From: Blasia pusilla
Taxonomy: Eukaryota
DNA length: 64,000 nt
Assembly (NCBI GenBank): GCA_050084515.1
Contig: CM114271.1
Coordinates: 19,468,001 to 19,532,000, forward strand
Reading direction: 5' to 3'
Each line of letters starts with the position of its first letter. Position 1 is the stretch's first letter. Both the position numbers and the translations under genes were made by a program. A model generated the notes under the pieces. It saw only the letters and a program-made list of their open reading frames with translations, was not told the origin of the DNA and ran no database searches. Shown in pieces: positions 39,233 to 51,544 of the stretch.

Positions 39233-39662
39233 TCCTTTCTAAAAATTCCCCATAAAATTTTCTCTCATTAAAAAATAATACTTTCACTCAAGCCCAACTC
39301 TAATAAAGATGAGTAGTATATAGCTCGTGCCATGCATGAGAATAAAGGGACTAATACAAGGTCACAGATTCCAACCTCTACTTCTCCTTGCTTGTCAATA
39401 AATTATCTCAACCCTCCAATTTGTGCGCACAAGCCTTAGGTTGAGTCCCAAAGGCCCAACTACTCGCGTTTCTTTGTATGTAATCTAGAAGATGCCAAGC
39501 ATAAATCGGTTCCATCTCTTCCAAGATGTATATCACCTTCTCAAGAAGCCTCTTCCCTAAGCCTTGAAAAATCTCCCAAAATTTCTCATCTAAATTGGAG
39601 CGTATTAGGTATTTTCTCAAGATGCTTCCCAAAGGGTTCCTTAGCTTAAACTTGAAACACAC

Positions 39663-40400
39663 CATGGTTGATGTCGTGCGCATACACATCACTATAGAGC
39701 ATACATCATTGTCACTAAATACACACACAAACATACAAGACATCATACTAACTCATGACATCTAAACATTCAGATCATGACCCTAAAGCTTTTTCTCCTT
39801 GGGTATATCCCTTTCCCACTCTCAAACTCTCTCCACGATAACCTATGCTCATAGGTCACCTCTTTGGATCTTGACCTTGTCTAGAGGGTTACTCTCCAAA
39901 GTAAAAAGTCAACTCTGCTCAAAAAGATAACTTACCCAAAATCATAATATTTCTTTATATAGCTCCAAATGAGCCAAAATGAAGGGGAAGCCTGCTCTCT
40001 CAAGTCATCCGCGGCCTCAATAAGTCATCCTTGACCTCTTGAGGTTGTCTTCTATATCCTCGAAGGCAAAATACTATAAGCTCGTCGATCCATCCTAAAA
40101 GACATGACATTGTACAAAATATATATGGATGGATAAGTGTGGACATGGATTGAAATATATGGGGTCCACACTTATAGTGTATGGTTGAAGGCAAGGCAAG
40201 GGTGGGCAGTGCAATAAGGGGGGAGGGAGTGGAGATGGAAGGAGGAAGGAGGAAGAAAGGAGAAAGTGGGGATCATAAAAGCAAGTAGAGGGATGAGAAA
40301 CAAGGGGGAGATAGAGCCCATATGGACAAGTCCTTCTATAAGATGGACATAAGTCCACGGACATGGACATGTCCACGGACTTTGTCTCTTTGCAACCTTG
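39663..40400 (-). mobile_element. hAT-type MITE carrying a nested solo LTR
   Basis: Ends CATGGTTG / TGCAACCTTG; TSD AAACACAC / CAACACAC (7/8); body is the reverse-complement homologue of 51233-51544. Confidence 0.8.
39672..40109. mobile_element. Solo LTR, family C (internally deleted)
   Basis: TGTCGTGCGCATACAC...GACATGACA; flanks TTGA / TTGT (3/4); reverse-complement homologue of 49431-50088. Confidence 0.78.
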
Positions 40401-41741
40401 CAACACACCCAAGGTTGAAACATTGTTAGTATCTTGTTCCGATCAGCAGGAAGTGATCAAAAGATTCCCCCCTCCCCTACAAGAGCTTATAGGTTTCTTG
40501 GGAGAATCCATCATCCACTACATACCTTCATTTTGGCCCAAAACACAAACATGATTTGCCACTCATGGACCCACGTTTGATTAGTTATCTCCCAAGATGG
40601 CTTGAGGGAGTCTTCTTGAAGATTTTGCATCTCCAAAATCCCCCAATGTATCTTGGAACTCAGACCTACATTTTGTATCTCTCATGGCTAGTGCTCAACT
40701 TGCCTCCTACCAGTTGGCTTCTCACGATTTTCTTGTTGCCCTTCTCATCTTATGACTAGTCTCATGGCATCTAGCCCCTCTTGACTATTCTTTTGTTTCT
40801 TGCTACCCGCCCTTAACTTGGAAATTGGGTCAATGATCTTACAACTTTCTTGCACTTTCGTCATCCCAATGAGTAATTACATTCTTTCTCACTAAAGTTA
40901 GTCTCAAGGCGCATGCCCATTTTGTCTAGCATTAGTCTCGTAGCTATTTCTCTCATCCTTCCTAGGCTCGCGACTAGCTAGTGCAGGTTCCAACTTTGGT
41001 AGGCCACACCAAGGTATACCCTCCTTTGGCTCAAGATCATGACTTGCTTCTTGGATGCCCACTAGTGTGGATGCCATAGACTTAGCTATTTTGCGATGAG
41101 TGAGACCATCATTATCATAATCAATCTATCATGGATAATAATTAAAAATTCCAATCAAGGTTTTTTCATTAATTATAACAATGTGACCATTATGTATAAA
41201 GATATATTTTCTATCAAGTGCTTTGACTATTCCCCTCTAAGAAATTGTATAATGCTAATCGATGATATTTATTCAACATCGAAGTGCTTCCGACAACACT
41301 TGTAGTGACTTTAATAGTCACCAAACACACAACATTATCTATATCTATTCATTGTGGATCAATCTATATGGATTTTAATTTCACAATATTATTTCATGTT
41401 GGCTTATACCAATTCTATGTTATTTGACATATTGATAAACCACCCTTTACAATAGGTATCGATATATCCAACCTATCTATCTCTTGCCTATATATGCCAA
41501 ACTTCTTACCATACTTCATTTGTGTTTTTTGAACCTAGCCAATCCAAACTCCACCTTGAATAAGGTCTAAGTTATTGCTTTTTTGCCTTGTCTTTTTGCT
41601 TTGAAAAATAAGTCTTGGGTTTTGGATCCTTCTTTGCCACTAGTCCATCCTTATATACAAGTGCAAAATCACAACCTATGTTAAGTATCACTCTTACTTG
41701 ATCATCTCCGCCCTCTGCCCCACTCCCCCATCCTATTGGTG

Positions 41742-42160
41742 TCTATATAGTAATTGGCGACCACGTATGCATAATAAGACAAGATAGTGATATAATAGGA
41801 CAAAATAGGCAAAGGTTTGAATTTTTTGGGAATTATAATAGATAGGGATGAGGAAACGAATAGGGATTTGAGAGGAATAGGAAAAAAAACTCTATTAATC
41901 AATTATTAATTTAATAAATATTATAATGGGTGGAAGGGGAAGAATTTATATTATTCTGGGAGCTTGCCTTCTTGATTTGCAAACACCTCTCTGTTTCACA
42001 TGTGGAAATTGGGCAGCAAGAAAATATTTATGCTATGGGCAGAAAAAAAAAAAGAATTTTTGTGCAGCATCATTAGTCCCTTCCCTTCACGGGCTATCCA
42101 CTAGCAAAAGCTCTTCAAACACTTTTTTATTTTCCGTGCATTGCACGAGCACCTTACTAG
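41742..42160 (+). mobile_element. Non-autonomous Helitron (~420 bp), containing repeat module copy 4
   Basis: 3' hairpin CGTGCATTGCACG then CACCTTA-CTAG|T at 42157-42160; probable 5' TCTATATAG; 5' part resembles the 31331-31782 Helitron. The 5' boundary is uncertain. Confidence 0.7.
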
Positions 42161-44888
42161 TTTCAATAAAGAGCCTCTTTCACTTTCTGTACTTGTTTGA
42201 TTCTCTTCAATCTATCTTTTTGGGAAATCTTGATTTCCAACTTTGAGATTCACAAGTTTGATCTTACAGGCTTGGTTTCCTTCAAGAGTCACCACATGAA
42301 TAGTCTAGCAATAGAGTCTTTCCTCCAAACTTGTTTCTCTATGATCCACAAACTAAACCACCATCTATTATCAATTATATGAACTATGAATCACCCCTTA
42401 TTTTCCCTGACGTGTAAACAACTCCACAACCTAGATTTCTGCACTAAATGTCTCCTTGAAATAAATAGATTCTAAGGGAACCCCAAAAAATTGTTTGGTT
42501 TTGGAGTAGGTTTCCATCCAATAGTTGAGATGATATCCCAAGAAATTTTGGTTTGTGCATGTTCCCAAATGGCTTGTAAGCTCTTGGCCGTTGATTCACT
42601 CCATCTAATGGCGAAAAAAAGCTCTAAATTTGATTTAGTGTCATTCATTAACATTTTCTATTTAAAATATTTGAAATTTCCAATTTTATACCAATCACAA
42701 ATATACTAGTTAAAAAAAATAGTTGGGTATGGCTAAAATTTGGATGGTAGTAAAATCATAGCAGATAACATATTATAAACAGTTCAGACCATCTTTTTTC
42801 ATTTCCAATATTTACAAAGAAACATAATAATTTCACACGGAAACCGTAAAAATCCAATGAAAAGTTTCACATCTTAATATATTATAAATTATCCATAAAC
42901 AAATTCCTATTTTTCTGGAATAAGAAAAAATTATTCACAAAAAAATCATATCCGTGCTCATGATTTCTTCTCCATAATTAGCATGAACAACTTTCAACAT
43001 TTCTATTTCTAAATTTTTAATGGTTGTAAGAGGACTAAGTTGCTTGATAAAGAATAACATGATTTCCAGAATCATTTAACATTTTCTAATTTTCAAGTTA
43101 GAAATATAAGTGGTGTGTTGGATGGATCCCAAAATTTTAGGATTTATAAAAATTCCATGTAAAAACTTGTTAATGATCCTCATGAGCCATATTGATATTT
43201 CCAATATAAGTAAAAAATTTCTTCTTTAAAAAAATAACTTTCATTAAAATTTTGATGTGTTAACACATATGAAAATTCAATTTTAAAATTTTTTCAAGAA
43301 GAAATTTCTTCTTTAAAATTTTGATGTGTTAACACTTTGAATTTCTTCTTTGAAATTTTTTTACTATAAATTAGTTATGAAGTGAAAGCACAATATTTTT
43401 TTGATTAAAAAAAACTTGAGGTGTCATTTGAATTGGAAGTATTTTTATACTAATATTTCCAATCTAAATAAAAATAAGAATGTAACAATCAAAATTTTAA
43501 TTTTCATTCCTTTCTCACAAGCCAATTTGCACTTAAACAAAATTCTCCATGATCTTGCCATGTTCATATATTTATTGAAAATGTTTGAAAATTTTTGTTT
43601 TAAATTTGTCATGGTAGTGAGAGCACAAAGATGTTTGGTAAAGAAGAACTAGACTTGATGTGTCATTTGACTATGAAGTATCATTTTTAAAAAAATCCCT
43701 CGCTTGCTTACCATAATGGAAATGTCATTTAAAATCCCTATTTTACCACAAAAAGGTCTTGGTTAGCTTCATCCAAAAAGATGGGATTTTGGACCCTATC
43801 TAATTTCCCCAATATAAGTCGTGAGCACACCAAGAAAAAAATGTGCGGCCACTATATAGAAATTGAAATAATTTTAGGATTGTGACGTAAACTTATTGAA
43901 TGGTTATTAATTTAATGGTCTAGAAAGAAATTAATTTACTTAAGTGGTCATAAAGTAATGTACTTGGTGGGTATAACTATTCATATTGATCATATGATTG
44001 GAGTGACTATGTAAAGTTTAGAGTGTGTGGGGAACTTGTAGGAAGATATATGTTTCAATATATGAAGTGTTCATTGTGGAAGTTATTGGAATTTCATTCA
44101 ATTAATTTTGTGTGGTTTGCTCTTCGATGCACTAATATTAAGGGTTTAAGGTAGTGTGAAAATGAAAGTACTGTCGATTGTGGGACAATTCGTGTGAATG
44201 GGACTTGAAGGAAGATGATGCAAGGAAAGGTGTGTGTAAAGCATTATAGTGGAAAGGAACATAAGTAAGCAAAATTACCATGGAAAATAACAAAAGTAGG
44301 CAAAGTTACCATGGAAAGGAAGACTCATACAATTTTACTTCCTATCAACACTAAACTTTGAATTATTTGTACTTGAGAAGATACTGAAACTTATGAAGTG
44401 AGGGCCCAAAACTGAAACATTAATGTTAGAAACATGGAGTAGATGTTGGTGAGAAATCAAAATATACCCAAGATAATTGTTCACAATATAGTTATTCTGT
44501 TGTGACACGGCAGATGTGTTGAAAAATTAATGGGTACTGAAGAAAACTGCCAAGAGAGACAAGAAACACCTGGATGCTTAAGTGTTTTAACGAAGCAGGG
44601 GCTGAATCAATGCTACTTCCAACTTCAAGTGAGCATTCCCTTCAACATCTGAGTTGGTGTGCTCAAGAAAATCTTTGAAGGATATGGTGTCTTTGTCTAA
44701 GTTCTCTCTACATTGAGCATTCTAAGCCTCAAAAGTTGAAGTTGATTGAGACATGGTCTCTAATTGCGAAGAAAGCTTGGAAATCCTAGATTTCAAAGCT
44801 TCAGTCTATGTTTGGAGATGGTCTAGCTTTGCGAGGACATTTCTGTAGAGATGCAATGGAATGTGCGATGAATTCGCCGGTGGAGTGA

Positions 44889-45515
44889 TGTTAACATCAA
44901 TTGGAAAAGTTTGTACTGAACAATCTAGCGGAGGAAAGTGCCTTTGGTCGTAGTTTGGTCGTCTGTATGGCTGCCTTGTTCACACTGGGAAAATCAAAAC
45001 AAGAGTTTTTAATAAGTGAAATTGAACTGTCCATGAAAAGTTAGCAAGACAGGAAAGGGAATAACGCATGGATACTTTGTGCATGAAATTTGGTGTGATG
45101 TCCAGTAGTGGATGAATGTAAAGGTCTCTAGAGAGGATATCTTGGCACAATAGAGTTCAATGGGGTGCAGGCATGGGACCGATGTCAGCACCCCGTTGTT
45201 GGACTGATGTTGACATTAATTGGAAAATTTTGTATTGAACAATCTGGCATAGGAAAATGCCTTTGGTTTTAGTTTGGTTGTCTGCATGGCAGCCTTTTTC
45301 GCACCTAGGAAAATCACAACAAGAGTTTTTAATAAGTGAAATTGGACTGTCCATGAGTTTTTAATAAGTGAAGTTGGAAAGTCAGGAAAGGGAATAATGC
45401 ATGGATACTTTATGCATGAAATTTGGTGTGATGTCCAATAGTGAGTGAATGTAAGGGTCTCAAGAGAGGGTGTCCTGGCACAGTAGAGTTCAATGGGGTG
45501 CAGGCATGGGACTGA
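44889..45515. repeat. Tandem duplication of a ~320-bp unit at the 3' end of the Rep remnant
   Basis: TGTT(A/G)ACAT(C/T)AATTGGAAAA at ~44889 and ~45208; GAGTTCAATGGGGTGCAGGCATGGGAC at ~45153 and ~45486. Confidence 0.88.
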
Positions 45516-47757
45516 TGCATGTTTGTATAAGGAAATTCGAGTGAAGGTGGAATGGAATCAATATATTTTACAAACTAGGATCTATATATAATTGGAATTT
45601 GCATGGATGATAATGAAGCCTCTCTTGAAGAAACAGAATGATTAAGTACGACACCAAATACAAGTTTAAGTCTAATCTCATCCAAGTCCTCGAGTCCTAG
45701 ACATCTTGTTGATTCAGTGTCAATATCTAGTGATCTGGTTGGTTCAGATTTTAAGGCATATTTGAGAAGATAAAAAGACCAGTCAGTGTTTGTCACGCAC
45801 TGAATATTCATGGGAGTCCCCCACAAGAGTAAGATGATAGGATGATAGGGAATGACATTACGGTGAGCATGTTGTGGTTTGGAATATATCCAGTGCATGG
45901 TTTTTGGGTAAATAAATGGAAGAGTGTTTAGATTTATATTAGCGGGGAAGCCTAAGCGATAGTAGGGTCGCTAGCCTTGTTTTTTCCTTATAATGCATAC
46001 CCCTTCCTTGCATCTATGGAACTGCTTGGTAGTGACAAAGTCATGTAGTAAGGAGTCAGATGAAGGATTTTTTTCGTGTGATGGATGATGAGTAGGTCTA
46101 AGTTGTTGTGGAATATGAGCACAAATTTATGATGTAATGGTCTCAATGTCATCTTTGTGCATCCAAAATATTATGTGGCAATGCAGGCTACCTCTACCCT
46201 GTAGTTCATACCTTATTCCATAGTTTATAACTGGACCTAAAATTTGGGGACCTGAGAATATGTATTGAGCAAGGAAAGTATGAAGTTTTGTATGAAATAG
46301 TTGAGCGCATTCAGAGGGTTCGTCACGCCAAGTAAACTCAGGATTGAACTTTTGTAGCATTTCCTCAATATGGGAAATCTCAGGCCATCTTGTAGATGAA
46401 ACCTCATCGGATGTTAGCGTTAGAAAGAGATGGGGCATTCCCCATTTGTGTACCATAGCTTTAAGGTCTTTTAAGTGTTTCCTTTGCCAACCACGACTCC
46501 CTGGCATTTTTGGGCTTTTTGGGTGAATGTTTGATAATTGATGATATAAATCTTCCTCACCAAGATGTGGTTTCTCTTTGTGTAGTCTTTCAATATCATT
46601 ATTTAGAATAAACGAGCAAGAGGATGAAAAAAGTGAAATGGGTTGTCTCAAGTGACACATTACAAGGGAGTAAGGCTTGAACAGGGAAAGTGGATTGAAT
46701 GTCTATCTTGATCTGAAGCGCATGTAATCAAAGAAGGAGCCGGAACCTAGAAAGAAGCCCCGCAAGTATGGAAATAAGAAGGAAAATATTCCTCTTTCTA
46801 TTGTGAGTATCTTGTCTTGTGATGCCCTATGGAATCTGTAAAGAATTGTTCTCTAGTGTTAGCTTCTTTCCTGAAGTAGAGGGAGCCATTGTCAAAAATA
46901 TCTTAGGACTTCCTATTACGTGTAGGCAGTATGTGATGTCTTGAAGTATATTTAGCTCTGGTTGGTAGGGATTGTAAGTCATGCTATGGGTAACCTGACC
47001 CTTTTCTTGGGCAATTTTTAATATTGATGTCACTACTGATCCAAGAAGTACAACTAAACCAATAGATGGATTGGGTAGATCAAGAAGACATTTGTAGTCT
47101 TTGTAGAGGTCATTGATTGCAAAGTTGGTGAGAAGCACTTGCTTCACACTATCAATAATGGCCTCAATCTTATCTCTTGATGTTGATTCCATATTCCATG
47201 CAACAAGAGGAGAATCGATGAGTGATGTAGGATTGAATAATCCTTTGTGAAATCCATTAAATTTTGTTGATAATACCAATTCTAGAGTCTACAATAGAAA
47301 GTAGTAATAGTTTAAGTGGATTGGGAGCTAATATGCTACGTATGTAAGTAGGAGTCATGTAGACATTTAAGCTAGTGCGTGGTTGATCAGTGGTACAAAG
47401 GTCACAAGCATAGAACTCTCCTTCTCTGGGAATAATGTACGGCGTAAGAAAATCATTACACAGGGCATAGGGAGGGTAAGTGGTTGATTGTACAGTGCAC
47501 ATTCGTAAATGTGGTGTTGAGTAAAGGACTACACCATAATACCCACAACACTGCATAGAGAGTATGAATGTATTGCATATATCTTTCCACTTATATAACA
47601 AAGATTGCGCATTGGTCCAATGGGAGCATACTGGCATGCACTGGAGCTTTGCTTTGAGGATTTGTCTTGTACGTGCTGTTTGCCTATGTGCCTTCACGTG
47701 GTTTTTGTGTGGTACAGAAATCCGAGTTCTTTTGTTAGGATGAGGCCGGCGAGGCAT
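44890..47757 (-). pseudogene. Rolling-circle transposon Rep remnant, Helitron2/Helentron-like; helicase not seen
   Basis: Rep motif 1 WGMPHLFLTLT, HUH motif 2 RYELQGRGSLHCHIIFW, VIPYHPIILLLWGTPMNIQ, motif 3 YLLKYALKSE; upstream Cys-containing region and IFSFLFP block; frameshifts and stops. Confidence 0.88.
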
Positions 47758-47929
47758 GTTTCAATCTGTGAAAAATCGGCGAGAGCGAGAGTGAGAAAGA
47801 GAGTGAGAGGGAGAGAGAGTTGTAGAGTGAGAGACATGGAGATATAGATGGGGAGAAGTATAAAATTAAGGAAAAGGGTGATTGATAGAGATTAAGAAGA
47901 AAGCTTAGCAAAGAGTCGTTGGACACTTT

Positions 47930-48962
47930 GTTCGGATGCTTTTAACCCCCGGAAAACCGTCTTCTCTCCTCCATAGTTCTTTTAGAACTACTCACTTTGG
48001 TTCTTGCGTTCAATCCGGTTCTTGAGGACTTAAGCCAATGGCTCGAGGGTCACAGTTTAACATAGACTACATCGCGGGAGTTGGTTGTGGTTCGAGGTTG
48101 AATGCTTCGTGCATTCAACTAGGGGGACCAACTCGGAGTCTTGATGTTCATCCCCACCTACGGAGAGCGGAGGGAAGGAGGGAGGAAGGAGGGAGGGAGG
48201 GAGGGAACGGTTAGGACCCCGTCGGGAAAGGCTGTGGCAAGAAGCCAAGCTTTGATGTTCCGGGGTCCGAAGTGACCTTGATTTGAAGGTGAAATTTTGG
48301 GGAGGGGGAAAAAATCCTCCTCCGACGGTGGCTAGCAAAGTGCGTTTTCTACTAAAAGAATGAAACCTTAAACTGCTACTTCTAAGGGGAAGGTGAATTG
48401 CGCCGCATCCACAAGGTTTATGGAGTTCTAGTGGAAGTACACGTCAAGCTTGGAAATAGAATAAATCATAGATGAATTTTTTTGGGGATGAATTAGAGCA
48501 TAAGACGGTTGCTTAGGGAAGAGTCACTGTTCGGAGGTGTAGAACTTTGCTTTCGGGTGTTTTAATCCGAGGCAAACCGTGTTCAGAGCACGCAGTTTCT
48601 TTTGTTTCCTTTGCAACTCTTCTTAAACTAGTGAGCTTGGTTCTTGCATTCAATTTGGCTCCTCAAGAATGTGGGCAGCAACGCGAGGGTTACAGCCTCC
48701 ACAAAGATTGATTCTCCGGAGTTAGATGCGATTCAAGGCTGAATTTGAGGTACATGTTTAGTATTGGCAAGGCTCATTCGGATTCATGGTGTTGATGTTG
48801 ACCTGCTGAGAGCGGAGGGAGGGAGGTTGGGAAGGTCTAGGACCCTGTCGAAACAAGTTGTATCATGAAGCGTAGCTTTGGGGGTCCGGGGTTCCAACTT
48901 ACGTGGGTTTTGAAGTTCAAATCTTGGGGAGGGGTAAAAATTCTCCTCCACCGGTGGCTAGC
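47930..48962. repeat. Diverged direct repeat pair (~410 bp: 47930-48337 and 48552-48962)
   Basis: Shared ordered blocks TTGGTTCTTGC.TTCAAT, CGAGGGT.ACAG, GAGAGCGGAGGGA, TAGGACCC.GTCG, GGGGAGGGG.AAAA..CTCC.CCGGTGGCTAGC. Confidence 0.8.
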
Positions 48963-49430
48963 GGAGCTCGTTGGTGATCTCAAGGATGAATGTCGAATTG
49001 ATATTTCTGAGGGGAATCTGAAGACCCATCTTTTACGGAGGCTGCATCCTGTGGGAGGATCCGCTTGTCCGAGGAAAAGGTTTGGACCAGGTTTCTTGCA
49101 CTAAAGGATATGTGCCCAGAAGTGATGTGTGACGTGTTACCCGCAACTATGCACCCGCAAGTGTGATGAATCATATGTACGTCTGGAAAGTGCCCAAATG
49201 CAATGAAATCACACTGCAATCTGAGGTCGCAGTGATAGGGCTCAATGTAAAGTGCTCAGAATTGCTATCGGAGTGTGTATACAAAGGATTGATCTAATTG
49301 GAGTTTGGCCAAAATCCAATGTCCAAGTCTGGTTTTGGCTTCTACCGGCTACCTTCACAAAGGAGAAAGGTGAAAATCATTCAATAAGAAACAAATCACT
49401 TTGAAGAATAGAAGAATAAGTAAAGAAGCA

Positions 49431-50088
49431 TGTCACGTCTTTTAGATAGATTGGTGAGATCTAGTAGAGCGCCTTCGTGAGTAGTGGAAGATAAGCTCAA
49501 CAGGTCAAGGATGGCCTGTTGAGGCCCCAGGAAACCTTCCTGGGGCCTCAACAGGAGCAGGTTTCCCCTTCGTTTCGGCTCATTTGGAGCCATATTGAGG
49601 AGCTTACTATTTTAGGGTAAGTACCATTTTGAATATATGATCAAATTTTTATTTTTGGTAAGTGGCCCTTGACCTCCTACATTAGGTCAAGAGCCCAGGA
49701 GGTGACTTGGGAGCATAGGTACCCATGGAGAAAGCTTGGGAGAGGGGAGGGATATACCTCAAGGAGAGAGAGCTTGAGATCTCATTCTCTCTTTGTTGAA
49801 CCTCTTGGCATGAGACGGCGGAGCTATGGTCTTGCTTGCTTTGTGTGTGTAACCCAAGCCTCTCATTAGGAGAGTGAGTTTGGTTTGACATTGAGAGAGA
49901 CATGTGAGAGTGCACACATGTAAGAACTATGGTGTTGTGAGAGAGATTGGATCTTATTTTATTGGAGATATTTTGGTACTTCTTGTCTCGTTGTTTGGAT
50001 GCCATGAGTTAGCATGGGATCGTGCGTGTTTATGTGTGTGTTCGGTGACAGCAATGTATGTTGTGTAGCAATGTGTATGCGCACAATA
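49431..50088. mobile_element. Solo LTR, family C (658 bp)
   Basis: TGTCACGTC...GCGCACAATA; flanks AGCA / AGTA (3/4); homologous in reverse to 4343-5176 and 39672-40109. Confidence 0.78.
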
Positions 50089-50502
50089 AGTATCAAGAGC
50101 GCAAGGGAAAAAGAAATTTCACACCTTAGGTGTTGGTAAACGATCTTAAGAACCTCTGCGCACCTAGAGATGCTAAACGTTATCAAAAGAAGTGTTAGAA
50201 TGTGAAGATAATAATGAAAGAAGCAAAGCAACAATATGGAGCAGAGCAAAACAACTAGGCGAAGCAAGGGCTTCTGGGCTTACCTTTCTTTACAGAGGGT
50301 GGACCGCAAGAACAACGTTGAAGACGAGAAACCGGGGTTGGATGGCACCCTAAAAGAGAACAAAAATGACCTTCAACGGAGCCAAAGGTAGAAAGAGTGC
50401 ATAATCTTTATAGCAACTAAAATCACAGATTGGCACAAGGGTAGAAGTGAGCACAAAAAACTCTGGAACAAGTGTGTACAAACAAAAATTCCAAAGACAA
50501 AC

Positions 50503-50652
50503 AGCTCCGCAAAGGGAGATAGCCAATCCCGAGTGAGGGGCCGATCGTGAGGAATGAGCTCCGCAAAGAGAAAGCCAATCCCGAGTGAGGGGACAATTGT
50601 GAGGAAGGAGCTCCGCAAAGAGATAGCCTGTCCCGAGTGAGGGGCCGATCGT
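50503..50652. repeat. Three tandem copies of a 52-54-bp unit
   Basis: AGCTCCGCAAAG..AGA.AGCC..TCCCGAGTGAGGGG.C.AT.GT repeated three times. Confidence 0.92.
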
Positions 50653-51232
50653 AAGTGTATGACTCTCAATGGCAAATAACAACGATGACGCGGATGATAA
50701 GATATACAACACTCATAAAAAATTAGGAGAAGCACTGCAAAAACGAGAACAACATACAATGCCGAAGAAGGTGATGAGAATACTAACAGAATTCTTCGGA
50801 GTGAATTGGAGACAAAAAAGAAAGGTAACAAACTCATTACGACTCGAACCAGATGGCAGAAGATTCATTATTGTCAGCAACAAATCACATAAGCCCATAG
50901 CTAACTACACGAACCAAATGAATGGCGAGAGCCGCCTGGCCCTTAATACAAATGCTTCATACGAGCAAGAAATAAGGCTTACACGTGATAGAGAGCAACA
51001 GAGTACTCTTCAGATCTACATCCGACGACGAGAATAAGAACACGTCAGAAAGTTGGACAGCTCAACACACGCAATGAGATGCAGAGAAAAATGGAGGTGG
51101 AGCCAAAGGGAAGAGGGACCTAAAACGACTTCTATATGTAGGGACCGTGATGAACTCCATTGTTCATTGTCACATGTTGGATTGACAATCTTTCTCCATT
51201 GTTCATTCAAGGAAAATCATCCTTGTTCCAAA

Positions 51233-51544
51233 CAAGGTTGCATATGGACAAAGTTTGTGTCCGTGAACTTACGTCCGTCCTATGTAAGGACTTGTCCATG
51301 TGGGCCCCATCTTCCCCTTCTTTCTCATTCTTCCCACTTGCCTTCGTGTTCCATACTCTCATGTTTCTTCCTCCCTCCACCTCTACTCCCTCCTCCCTCA
51401 TTGCCCCACTCGCCCTTGCCCTACCTTCCATCATAAACTATAAGTATGGGCCTCCCTTCCTGCAATTCATGTTCGTGGACATGTCCACACTTTTCCGTCC
51501 ATGTCCATCCTAGGTACACACTTATCTATTTTTGTGCAACCATG
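51233..51544 (+). mobile_element. hAT-type MITE (312 bp)
   Basis: TIRs CAAGGTTGCA / TGCAACCATG (9/10); exact 8-bp TSD GTTCCAAA (51225-51232 / 51545-51552); GTCC/GGAC-rich subterminal repeats. Confidence 0.92.

Noticed and set aside
41100..42620. Very old Gypsy protease/integrase traces on the minus strand around the small Helitron
   Set aside because: Too eroded to support by eye; needs a profile search.
50089..50100. AGTATCAAGAGC after the family-C LTR as a tRNA-Met PBS
   Set aside because: AGTA is better explained as the 4-bp TSD matching AGCA on the left side, making this a solo LTR.
50503..50652. CRISPR-like array
   Set aside because: Head-to-tail repeats with no unique spacers, eukaryotic context and no cas genes.
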